From positions 288,001-352,000 of the forward strand of contig CAVZJB010000004.1 in NCBI GenBank assembly GCA_963775425.1: DNA of 64,000 nucleotides, written 5' to 3'. Made by a program: the position numbers and the translations under genes. The notes under the pieces are model-generated. The model did not search any database. It was not told the origin of the DNA and saw only the letters and a program-made list of their open reading frames with translations. Below are positions 1 to 8,076 of this stretch, in pieces. How positions within the stretch are numbered: the first letter of the stretch is position 1; every line of letters starts with the position of its first letter. This stretch comes from an uncultured delta proteobacterium. Its GTDB lineage: Bacteria > Myxococcota > UBA727 > VGSZ01.

Positions 1-172
1 CGACACCGCGGCGGGCGACACGAAGGCGAGCGACACGGCGGCGAGCGACACCGCGGCGAGCGACACCGCGGCGGGCGACACGAAGGCGACCGGCGACACG
101 CCAGCGCCGCCGCGGCAGCCGGAGGGTGACGCGGCCGAGCCGACGGCGGCGCCGAAGCCCGCCGACGGCTGA
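1..172 (+). CDS. 3' end of a protein (partial) with a 15-bp/pentapeptide repeat tail (DTAAG/DTKAS/DTAAS)
   Basis: Frame from position 2 reads DTAAGDTKASDTAASDTAASDTAAGDTKATGDTPAPPRQPEGDAAEPTAAPKPADG, ending at TGA 170-172; converges on the gene ending at 358. Confidence 0.6.
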   Translation, partial: DTAAGDTKASDTAASDTAASDTAAGDTKATGDTPAPPRQPEGDAAEPTAAPKPADG

Positions 173-346
173 CTCAGCGACCGGAGGGAGCGGCCGCGCT
201 GACTCAGCGACCGGAGGGAGCGGCCGCGCTGACTCAGCGGCCGAGACGACGGCGGCGCTGACTCAGCGACCGGAGGGAGCGGCCGCGCTGACTCAGCGAC
301 CGGAGGGAGCGGCCGCGCTGACTCAGCGACCGGAGGGAGCGGCCGC
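168..346. repeat. Tandem array of six ~30-bp units with palindromic core GCTGACTCAGC
   Basis: Core at 168, 198, 228, 257, 287 and 317; five identical 19-nt linkers (GACCGGAGGGAGCGGCCGC) and one different 18-nt linker (239-256). Confidence 0.95.
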
Positions 347-357
347 GCGCACCAGGG

Positions 358-1452
358 TCAGCGCGCGGTTGCGGTGGAAAACGGCCGGGTCGTCAATTCG
401 GCGAGCAGCGCTTCCGCGTCGCGATCGCCGGGGACGAGGGCGAGGTAGCCGCGCACCGCCTGCAGCGCGTGCTTTCGGTCCTCCATGCCCATCCAGGCGG
501 CGGCGATCTCGCGGGTGACGACGAGGTCCGTGGGCGCGATGCGCCGCGCGGACTCCAGGTGATGAAGCGCCTCGTCGTGCGCGCCGATGAGGCGGTTGAA
601 TGTCACGCCGAGCCCGAAGTGTCCCTCGGGCTCCTCCGGCAGCTCGACCGTGAGCGTCCGATACGCGTCCTCCGCGGCCTCGACGTCGGTGGCGTGCTTG
701 GCCGCGTCCTTCTCCGCCGCCGCCGCCGCCGCGAACAGCTGCGCGTCGACGAGCAGCGCCTCCTTCTTCGACAGCCGCGGCGAGCCCTTGGCCTTCGCCA
801 ACGCCTCCGGCGTCTTCAACGCGGCGAGGCAAGGCGCGCACGCCGGGTCGAGCGCCACCGCCGCCGCTGCATCTCCGTCGACGAACGCGGCGTACGCCGC
901 GGCGTTGTCCGTGGGGGGCACGAAGCGCGGCACCGGCCCCGCCGAGAGCCGCTTCGCCACCTGCTCCGCCAGCGCCTGCACACCGTCGGCGTCGAGGCTC
1001 GTGCGCTCGCCGCCGTCGACGAGCTCCGCGTGCCACGCGCCCCCCTCCGCCGACACGCGCACCCACGCGCGCAACGCGATGGCGCCGGCGACGTCGGCTT
1101 CGCTCGCCGGACCGTGGCGCGACAAGATCTTGCGGCGCGCTTGCACCTCCGCCACCGGCGCCACCGTGATGCCCGGCGTGGCCGAGAGCGCGCGGGACAG
1201 CGCGTCGCTCGCAGGCGTCCGCGGGCTCCACTCCGCCCCGCCGTCGACGACGGCGATGCGCGCGCCCGACCCGCGCGGCCCCCGCTGCGTGATCTTCCCG
1301 GCGAGGATCCCGACGAAGCTGCCCACGGCGACCACGAAGGCGACGCCGACGGGCACCGCCCAGTTGCGGCGCTTGACCGCGGGCGACGCCGCGTGCGGGC
1401 TCGCGGCTTGCTCACCGGGCTCAGGGGGCTCAGGGGCGTCGACGACGGCCAT
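358..1452 (-). CDS. Membrane-anchored TPR-containing protein
   Basis: N-terminal TM (WAVPVGVAFVVAVGSFVGILAG); C-terminal TPR-like helices (PEGHFGLGVTFNRL..EALHHLESARRIAP..YLALVPGD). Confidence 0.75.
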   Translation of the reverse strand: MAVVDAPEPPEPGEQAASPHAASPAVKRRNWAVPVGVAFVVAVGSFVGILAGKITQRGPRGSGARIAVVDGGAEWSPRTPASDALSRALSATPGITVAPVAEVQARRKILSRHGPASEADVAGAIALRAWVRVSAEGGAWHAELVDGGERTSLDADGVQALAEQVAKRLSAGPVPRFVPPTDNAAAYAAFVDGDAAAAVALDPACAPCLAALKTPEALAKAKGSPRLSKKEALLVDAQLFAAAAAAEKDAAKHATDVEAAEDAYRTLTVELPEEPEGHFGLGVTFNRLIGAHDEALHHLESARRIAPTDLVVTREIAAAWMGMEDRKHALQAVRGYLALVPGDRDAEALLAELTTRPFSTATAR

Positions 1453-1455
1453 GGC

Positions 1456-2007
1456 TCACCCTCCCGGCGCGCGCGCCGCGACGAGCTGGTCGACGAGCCA
1501 GGCGGCGAGCGGCGCGGTGGTGTCGCCGTGCTCCTGGAAGTGCCCCCGCGACACGAGCCCGGTGCACACGGCGTCGACGGTGGCGTCGGCGGTGATCTGC
1601 GTGCCCGCGTGCGCCCCGGGGAGCTGCAGCGTCATGTGCGTGCCGAGGCCCTCGTGCGAATAAAGCGGCGTCCAGCGCTCGTCCGCCGACGTCAGCGTCA
1701 TGCGCACCAGGGCGCTGTCGTGCTGCGGCGGGCCGTCGACGAATTTCGCGTGCGGCATGCGCTCTTGCAGCTCCGCCTTGAACGCGTCGCGCAGCCCGCT
1801 CAGGAACGCCTTGTCGCCGCCGTGGACCTGAAACGCCACCGGCGCGTCCTCGGCGAGGTGGCCGCGGGTGCTGATGGCGCGGGTCTTCTCGTCCGACTTG
1901 TCGATGGTGGTCTTGCACGAGGCGACGTGCAGCGGCGTGAACATCTCGACGAGGAACAGGCCCATCACGAGGAGCATGCCGATCTGAAGCGCGCGGCGCG
2001 TGTTCAT
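1456..2007 (-). CDS. Hypothetical exported/membrane protein (183 aa)
   Basis: Start trimmed to ATG 2007 (MNTRRALQIGMLLVMGLFLVEMF, hydrophobic N-terminus); 3 bp from the next gene. Confidence 0.65.
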   Translation of the reverse strand: MNTRRALQIGMLLVMGLFLVEMFTPLHVASCKTTIDKSDEKTRAISTRGHLAEDAPVAFQVHGGDKAFLSGLRDAFKAELQERMPHAKFVDGPPQHDSALVRMTLTSADERWTPLYSHEGLGTHMTLQLPGAHAGTQITADATVDAVCTGLVSRGHFQEHGDTTAPLAAWLVDQLVAARAPGG

Positions 2008-2054
2008 GGTGCCGTCATACTGCGCATCCTCCGGCGATGCACCCACGGCGCTGC

Positions 2055-2987
2055 TCAATCGTCCCCGAAGATGCCCATGAGCGAGGCCTTCTTGTCCGAG
2101 CCTTCCTGCCCCATCTCGGCGAGCACGGCGCAGGCGACCAGGCTCGGCATGAAGCTCTTCGGCACCTTGTCGGGGTCGACGCGGATGTGGAGGCGGTTGG
2201 CGCCGGCGAGGAAAGCGCCGAGGCCGGACCAGCCGCGCTGGATCTCGCCTGCGGGCTCGTCGAACGGGTCGAGGATCTGCAACGTGAACGGGTGCAGCAG
2301 CGGCCACTTCACCGTGAGGCTCGCGCGGTCGAACGTGGACACGACGCGGAACCTGGGCTTCAAGATGCCGAATTTGGTCTCGATGTGCCCGACCTGCCCG
2401 CCGGTGGCGTCGAGGATCGCCACCTGGTCTCCGAAGAAGCGCGGGTCACGCCGGAACGTCAGGCGGCCGCCGCTCGCGTCGACGACGTCGAAGTGCAGCG
2501 TCGGCCGAAAGCCGCCGCTCTTGAATTGCTCGAGCATCTCGTGCTCGCGCTGGACGATCTCGCCGATCTGCTTTCCGTCGGGCGAGCGCAACGTGTAGTT
2601 CCGCCGCACGAGGCTACCCAAAAGCGGCGCGAGGCCCGTCTCCTCGACGATGACCTCGGTGCGCTCCGTCAGCGCCCCCGACGACGGCGTCCCCGACGAC
2701 GGCGACGACCCCAGATCGCGCTCGAAGATGCCCGACGCCACGGAGCCGACCACCACCGGCACGTCGTCGTCATCGCCCGCGGGCCCTGCGCCGAACGATC
2801 GAGCGGCGGCCCGCTCCGCGTCCTCCCGCTCGAGCCGGGCCACGACGAGCTTGCGCACCTGCTCCCATTCGTCGCCGTCGATCACGCCGTTTCCGTCGGT
2901 GTCGAAGCGGGCGCGGACGGCGGCGTCGCTCTGGATGAGCGCGCGCATCTTCTTGAGCTCTTCGCGAAGCCGGGCCTGGTCCACCAT
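2055..2987 (-). CDS. EF-hand plus phospholipid scramblase (tubby/LOR-like barrel) protein
   Basis: Canonical EF loop DTDGNGVIDGDE; repeated xxD/SxxGxxIGxI beta hairpins and AGEIQRGWSGLG...LVACAVLAEM as in scramblases; SD GGAGG upstream. Confidence 0.7.
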   Translation of the reverse strand: MVDQARLREELKKMRALIQSDAAVRARFDTDGNGVIDGDEWEQVRKLVVARLEREDAERAAARSFGAGPAGDDDDVPVVVGSVASGIFERDLGSSPSSGTPSSGALTERTEVIVEETGLAPLLGSLVRRNYTLRSPDGKQIGEIVQREHEMLEQFKSGGFRPTLHFDVVDASGGRLTFRRDPRFFGDQVAILDATGGQVGHIETKFGILKPRFRVVSTFDRASLTVKWPLLHPFTLQILDPFDEPAGEIQRGWSGLGAFLAGANRLHIRVDPDKVPKSFMPSLVACAVLAEMGQEGSDKKASLMGIFGDD

Positions 2988-3039
2988 GTGTCCTCCGGGC
3001 TCGAGGATAGCGGACGCTCCGGCGCGCTCGACGGGCGCG

Positions 3040-3073
3040 CGCGTTCCAAGAATCGCGCGCCGTTTGGAACGCG
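3040..3073. promoter_or_regulatory. Perfect 10-bp inverted repeat with 14-nt spacer (operator or hairpin)
   Basis: CGCGTTCCAA (3040-3049) pairs with TTGGAACGCG (3064-3073) in the intergenic region upstream of the scramblase gene. Confidence 0.4.
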
Positions 3074-3119
3074 GTCGCTGCTCCGGTCGCCACGGAACGG
3101 GCCGCCCTCTCCGTCGCCG

Positions 3120-4931
3120 TCAGAACGCGGCGGCGCCGCGCTGCGTGCGGATCTTCTCCACGAGGCGCGAGATGAAGAGGCGCAGCGCGGGGTCGGGCTC
3201 CTGGCGGCGGTTTCTCTCGAGCGCGGAGAGCATGCGCTCCTGCGCGTTCTGCTCGAGGAGGCCCCGCGTGCGCTCGCCCTGGCCGCCGGCGTTGCTGCGC
3301 ACGACGTCGAGGAGGAACTCGCAGGCCTCGTCGGTGCCGATGGCGGCGATGGACTTCAAGCAGGCCGTTCGCACCTCGGCCTCGTCGTGGGAGTTGAAGA
3401 TGCGGACGAGGCTGTCGAGCGCGGTGTTGAACGTCATGCGCCGCAGGGCGACCACCCCCGCCTCGCGCACGCGTCCGCCGGCGGACAGCGCGCGGTCGAC
3501 GAGGGCGAACGCCTCCTTCTGCTTGAGCGCGCAGCCGCGGTCGACGACGAGCACCTTGGTGTCCTCGTCGCCCTGTTCGAACAGCGCCACCAACGGCCGC
3601 ACCGCTGCCTTGTGCCCGAGCTCGCCGATCTTCTCGATGAGGCCCGGCGGCACGCGCTTGGGATCGCCCCCGGCGGCGACGTGGTCGTCCCACGCGAGCG
3701 CGATGAGCAGCGCCTTCCTGCGCTGCACCTCCCAGACCTCCTTGTGGTCGCCGACGAGGCGCCCGATGGCGTCGGGGATGTCGCTGCCGCTCTCGGCCTC
3801 CAGCAGATCGTCGATCCAGATCTCGCGCATGGGCAGCCGGCGCCGGAAGTACTCGGGGAACGGCGGCGGCGGCTCCCGGTTCCCGCCGGCGATCTTCTTC
3901 AGGTCCTTGGCGAGCTCGCTGTAGCGCGTCTTCTTCTTCTCGATGAGGTCGAGCTCGCCGAGCTGCGCGTAGCACTCGGCGACGTTGACGTCGTCCTGCA
4001 CGCGGTTGAAGCAGCCGACCGCCGCGAGGAGCGCATTTTCGACGAGCTCCGGCGGCTGACCCTTGTCGTGCGCGTTCTTGGCGACGCGCAGCCACGCCTG
4101 CCCCGCCTCCGCGAGGAAGAAGTCGGCGTAGATGAAGCCGACGCGTTTGGCGTACTCGCCGGCCTCGCGGTGCAGCTCGGCGACGGAGTGCAGCTCGCCG
4201 AGCTCCTCGGAGTGCGCGATGAAGTCGTAGTAGTACTGCATGGTGAAGAAGCGATCGTTCTTCGCCTTGAGGATGCGGATGCAGTTCAGGTACCCCTCGG
4301 CGAAGGGCTCGTACGACTTCTCGACCTTCCCGATCTGCACCATGGACAGGTAGCAGCGAAAGGCCGCGTCCCTGTCGCCGGCCTGCTCGCGCTTGTCCCC
4401 CTCCTCCTCGAGGAGCCGCGTGGCCAGCGAGAGCTGCGCCCGCGCCCGCTCCTCCTGGTTGAGCTTGGTGGCCAGGCGCCCCGCGTTGAGCGCCGCGAGG
4501 CCGGCGAGGTACGGCTCGCCCGTGGCCTCCTTGGTGCGCCCGAGCTGCTCGTAGAGGTTCAGGGCCTCGGCGCCGGCGCCGGCCTCTTCGGCGGCGCGGG
4601 CGGCGTGGGCGAACAGCGAAGCCTCGCGGTAGCGCTGCGACGCCTCGCCCAGGCGGCGGCCGAAGCGCAGGACGCGGCCGCGGTCGCGGGCGGTGCCGTG
4701 CTCCTTGTAGAGCTGGAGCGCCGGGTCGATGTTCAGGAGGTACTCGTGCACCCGCGCGGCCGAGAGCTGCCGGCCGAGGCGGGCGTACAGGTAGGCGAGC
4801 TCGCGGGCCCAGTCCGAGTAGTCGGCCTCGTCGACGTGCGTCTGGCCCAACAGATCCCGCCACGCCGCCGCCGCCTCGGGCGACTGACCGAGGTGCCTCG
4901 CGCGCTGGACGGCCTCTGCGATGTAGCTCAT
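3120..4931 (-). CDS. All-helical TPR/SNAP-like repeat protein with C-terminal HEAT repeats (603 aa)
   Basis: Start trimmed to ATG 4931 (MSYIAEAVQR); HEAT-like VREAGVVALRRM and VRTACLKSIAAIGTDEACEFL; TPR-like helices upstream. Confidence 0.75.
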   Translation of the reverse strand: MSYIAEAVQRARHLGQSPEAAAAWRDLLGQTHVDEADYSDWARELAYLYARLGRQLSAARVHEYLLNIDPALQLYKEHGTARDRGRVLRFGRRLGEASQRYREASLFAHAARAAEEAGAGAEALNLYEQLGRTKEATGEPYLAGLAALNAGRLATKLNQEERARAQLSLATRLLEEEGDKREQAGDRDAAFRCYLSMVQIGKVEKSYEPFAEGYLNCIRILKAKNDRFFTMQYYYDFIAHSEELGELHSVAELHREAGEYAKRVGFIYADFFLAEAGQAWLRVAKNAHDKGQPPELVENALLAAVGCFNRVQDDVNVAECYAQLGELDLIEKKKTRYSELAKDLKKIAGGNREPPPPFPEYFRRRLPMREIWIDDLLEAESGSDIPDAIGRLVGDHKEVWEVQRRKALLIALAWDDHVAAGGDPKRVPPGLIEKIGELGHKAAVRPLVALFEQGDEDTKVLVVDRGCALKQKEAFALVDRALSAGGRVREAGVVALRRMTFNTALDSLVRIFNSHDEAEVRTACLKSIAAIGTDEACEFLLDVVRSNAGGQGERTRGLLEQNAQERMLSALERNRRQEPDPALRLFISRLVEKIRTQRGAAAF

Positions 4932-4985
4932 GCGATGTAGGACATCCCTGTGGCCGGAGCCGTTGTGGCGAGCTAAACGTGTAGC

Positions 4986-5912
4986 ATGCGCCTCCCCCTC
5001 GTGTTCCTCCTTGTGGCAACGGCCGTCGGCGGATGCCAGTGCCACATCGACAACAACAACCTCAACCAGATCACTGACGCCGGGACCCCACCGCACGACG
5101 CGGGCCCGCCGCCGCCCACGTTCCCGTTGAAGGTCGGCGACAGCCTCATCTATCCCGTGCTCGGCGGGCGCACGCAGGACAACTGCGACGGCCACAGCAC
5201 GCCGGGTGACTGCCAGCGGAACATCAAGGCGCAGTACGACGTCAAGGCCGTCAAGTTCGACACGGCCAGCAACCGTTGGACCATCACCGCCGACGCCACC
5301 TACCAGGGCAGCGAGGGTGACCTCATCACCGCCGCCACCCTCGCGCCGCTGGTCCTCGAAAACGGCGCGCCGTTTTCCACCACGAGCTTCGACTCGCCCA
5401 CGCAGGCGCCCAACTCGGACTTCACCACCGACGCGCCGGCCACGGACCAGCTCACGCCCAACGGCTTCCCCTTCTTCCAGTTCGACAGCGGCGACGCGCA
5501 GGTCTTCGAGACTGCCGGCGGCACGTTCTGCGACCGCTACCGCACGCTCGACGCCGACGCCAACTGCAAGGTGCAGGCGGCGGATCAAAAGCAGGAGGTC
5601 TTCTACAAGGACGACCAGGCCGGCGGCGCCGCCGAGCTGCACCACGTGCGCGTCGAGTACCACGAGATGGGCATGGTCTGCGGGTGGGACGAGGCGCTCA
5701 TCCCGTTCACCGACGGCATCGCGAGAGACCAGAGCTCGTTCGGCCCCGCCGACACGCCGGACATCGCCGCGAGCTTCTTCCAGCCGAGCCTCGTGCGCGA
5801 CGGCGTCACCTACCAGTGCTCATGCTTCACGCAGCTCTGCTCGTCGGGGAACGGCGCCGACAAGAAGTGCCTGACCACGGATCCCGACGCCGCCCCGGGC
5901 CCCTGCCCGTGA
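4986..5912 (+). CDS. Hypothetical Cys-rich lipoprotein
   Basis: Signal peptide and lipobox-like AVGGC; DAG/Pro linker; strongly GC3-biased codons. Confidence 0.75.
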   Translation: MRLPLVFLLVATAVGGCQCHIDNNNLNQITDAGTPPHDAGPPPPTFPLKVGDSLIYPVLGGRTQDNCDGHSTPGDCQRNIKAQYDVKAVKFDTASNRWTITADATYQGSEGDLITAATLAPLVLENGAPFSTTSFDSPTQAPNSDFTTDAPATDQLTPNGFPFFQFDSGDAQVFETAGGTFCDRYRTLDADANCKVQAADQKQEVFYKDDQAGGAAELHHVRVEYHEMGMVCGWDEALIPFTDGIARDQSSFGPADTPDIAASFFQPSLVRDGVTYQCSCFTQLCSSGNGADKKCLTTDPDAAPGPCP

Positions 5913-5916
5913 CCCC

Positions 5917-6573
5917 GTGAGGTGCATCGTCGCCTTCGACCTCGACGGCACGCTGGTCGACTCGGTCGGTGACATCGCCCGGGCGCTCAACGGCGCGCTC
6001 GCCGAGCTCGACCTCGCGCCCGTCGACGTCGACGTCGTGCGCGGCTTCGTCGGCAACGGCTCGCGCATGCTGATGCAGCGCGCGCTCCACAGCCGCACGG
6101 GCCGGGCGCCGGCCCCCGCGGCGGTGGACGACGCCCTGGCGCGGTTTCGCGCCCACTACGAGCGCGCGCTCGTCGGGGAGACGCGGCCCTTCGAGGGGAT
6201 CCCGGCGGCGCTGGCGGCGCTCAAGGATCGCGCGCTGTTGGCGGTGGCGACCAACAAGCCCGCGGCCTTCGCGCGGCCCATCGTCGAGGCGCTGATGCCG
6301 GGCGTGTTCTCCCTCGTCGTCGGGCCCGAGGACGCCGGCGGCGCGCTCAAGCCCGATCCGGCGATGCTGCGCCACATCGAGCGCACCCTCGAGGGAGAGC
6401 TCGCCGCGTTCGTGGGGGACTCCGGCGTCGACGTCGCCACCGCCAAGAACGCGGGCGTCCCCGTCATCGGCGTCGCCTGGGGCCTGCGCCCTGACGAGCT
6501 TGCCGGCGCCGACGCCGTCGCGCCCGAGCCCGCCGCGCTGCCGTCGGTGCTCGCCCGCGTCCTCGCCGGCTGA
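5917..6573 (+). CDS. gph: HAD-family hydrolase, phosphoglycolate phosphatase-like
   Basis: Motifs FDLDGTLVDS, VATNK, KPDP and FVGDSGVD. Confidence 0.8.
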   Translation: MRCIVAFDLDGTLVDSVGDIARALNGALAELDLAPVDVDVVRGFVGNGSRMLMQRALHSRTGRAPAPAAVDDALARFRAHYERALVGETRPFEGIPAALAALKDRALLAVATNKPAAFARPIVEALMPGVFSLVVGPEDAGGALKPDPAMLRHIERTLEGELAAFVGDSGVDVATAKNAGVPVIGVAWGLRPDELAGADAVAPEPAALPSVLARVLAG

Positions 6574-6815
6574 CCCCGCATCGGACAACGCCCGTCGGGG
6601 ACAACGCCCGTCGGGCGGGTGCGCGTCCCCGCGTCGGGGACAACGCCCGTCGGGCGGGTGCGCGTCCCCGCGTCGGGGACAACGCCCGTCGGGCGGGTGC
6701 GCGTCCCCGCGTCGGGGACAACGCCCGTCGGGCGGGTGCGCGTCCCCGCGTCGGGGACAACGCCCGTCGGGCGGGGGACAACGGTCGTAGGGCGGGGGCT
6801 TGTCCCCCGCGTCGG
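6574..6815. repeat. Intergenic tandem array of identical 39-bp stem-loop units (REP/BIME-like)
   Basis: GTCGGGGACAACGCCCGTCGGGCGGGTGCGCGTCCCCGC at 6594, 6633, 6672, 6711, partial at 6750, with degenerate flanks; terminal IR GCGGGGGACAA (6771) / TTGTCCCCCGC (6800). Confidence 0.95.
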
Positions 6816-6846
6816 AAGCGTCGAGAGTGCGGGCCACGGAGGTCCC

Positions 6847-8076
6847 ATGCCGGCAGAGGGCGGAGCGCAGAACGAGGCCTGGATCGCACGGGGACAAAAG
6901 GTGCTGCTCGGAAACTACCGGCCCCTGCCGGTGGTCATCACCGGCGGCGAAGGCGCGCGGGTCAAGGACGCCGACGGCAACGCCTACATCGACTTCGCCG
7001 GCGGCATCGCCGTCACGTCGCTCGGTCACAACCACCCGCTGCTCGTCGCCGCCCTCAGGGAGCAGGCGGGCAAGGTCCTGCACACGTCGAACATCGTGTG
7101 GAACGAGCCCGCCATCGCCCTCGCCGAGAAGCTCGTGAAGAGCTCGTTCGGCGAGCGCGTGTTCTTCTGCAACTCGGGCGCGGAGGCCGTCGAGGCGATG
7201 ATCAAGCTCGCGCGCCGCGTGTTCCACGAGCGCGGCGAGGGCCGCTTCGAGATCGTCAGCTTCGAAAAGAGCTTCCACGGCCGCACCATGGGCGCGCTCA
7301 CCGCCACGGGGCAGGAGAAGTACCGCGTGGGCTTCGAGCCGCTCCTGCCCGGCGTGAGGAGCGTCCCCTACGGCGACATCAGCGCGCTCGAGGCGGCGAT
7401 GACGGAGCGCACCGCCGCGGTGCTCCTCGAGCCCATCCAGGGCGAGGGCGGCGTCGTCGTTCCGCCCCCGGGCTTCGTGAAGGCCGTCCGCGAGATCACG
7501 CAGCGCCACGGCTGCCTCATGCTCCTCGACGAGGTGCAGTCGGGCGTCGGCCGCACCGGCACGCTGTGGGCCTACGAGCAGGAGGGCGTCGCGCCCGACG
7601 CCATGAGCGTCGCCAAGGGCGTCGGCGGCGGCGTCCCCCTCGGCGCGATGATCACCACCGACGACCTCGGGCAGCACCTCCCGCCCGGCTCCCACGGCTC
7701 CACCTTCGGCGGCAACCCGCTCGCGTGCACCGCCGGCAACATCGTCCTCGACGTCGTCGGCGACCCGGCGTTCCTCGGCCGCGTGAAGACCCTCGGCGCG
7801 GACCTGCTGAGCCGGCTGCAGCAGATGATGAAGCAGCACAGGAAGGTCGTCGTCGACGTGCGCGGCCGCGGGCTGTGGGCCGGCATGGAGCTCAACGTCG
7901 ACGCGAGCGCGCTCCCGCGCCGCGCGCTGCAGCGCGGGCTCCTGTTGAACACCATCGGTGGCAAGGTCATCCGCTTCGCGCCGCCGCTGGTCATCGACAA
8001 GGCCACGCTCGACCAGGGGCTCGCCGTCGTCGACGAGCTGTTGAGCGAGCTCACCGTCGAGCCCACGCGCGCATGA
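6847..8076 (+). CDS. argD: Acetylornithine aminotransferase (class III PLP)
   Basis: YIDFAGGIAVTSLGHNHP, FFCNSGAEAVE, SFHGRT, EPIQGEGG, DEVQSGVGRTG, HGSTFGGNP; SD GGAGG before ATG 6847. Confidence 0.92.
   Translation: MPAEGGAQNEAWIARGQKVLLGNYRPLPVVITGGEGARVKDADGNAYIDFAGGIAVTSLGHNHPLLVAALREQAGKVLHTSNIVWNEPAIALAEKLVKSSFGERVFFCNSGAEAVEAMIKLARRVFHERGEGRFEIVSFEKSFHGRTMGALTATGQEKYRVGFEPLLPGVRSVPYGDISALEAAMTERTAAVLLEPIQGEGGVVVPPPGFVKAVREITQRHGCLMLLDEVQSGVGRTGTLWAYEQEGVAPDAMSVAKGVGGGVPLGAMITTDDLGQHLPPGSHGSTFGGNPLACTAGNIVLDVVGDPAFLGRVKTLGADLLSRLQQMMKQHRKVVVDVRGRGLWAGMELNVDASALPRRALQRGLLLNTIGGKVIRFAPPLVIDKATLDQGLAVVDELLSELTVEPTRA

Noticed and set aside
168-346. CRISPR array
   Set aside because: The core is only 11-14 nt, five of six linkers are identical and short, and there are no cas genes or leader
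469-5019. Long alternative ORFs (469..2598+, 2037..4940+, 2770..5019-) and similar ones window-wide (e.g. 45337..48237+, 52071..54317-)
   Set aside because: Arg/Ala/Pro-rich antisense or off-frame shadows of genes with clear motifs, expected at this GC content
6594-6790. CRISPR array, or a 76-aa N-terminal extension of ArgD (ORF track start 6619)
   Set aside because: No unique spacers; the open frame follows from a stop-free 39-bp unit; ATG 6847 has an SD and gives a normal ArgD length
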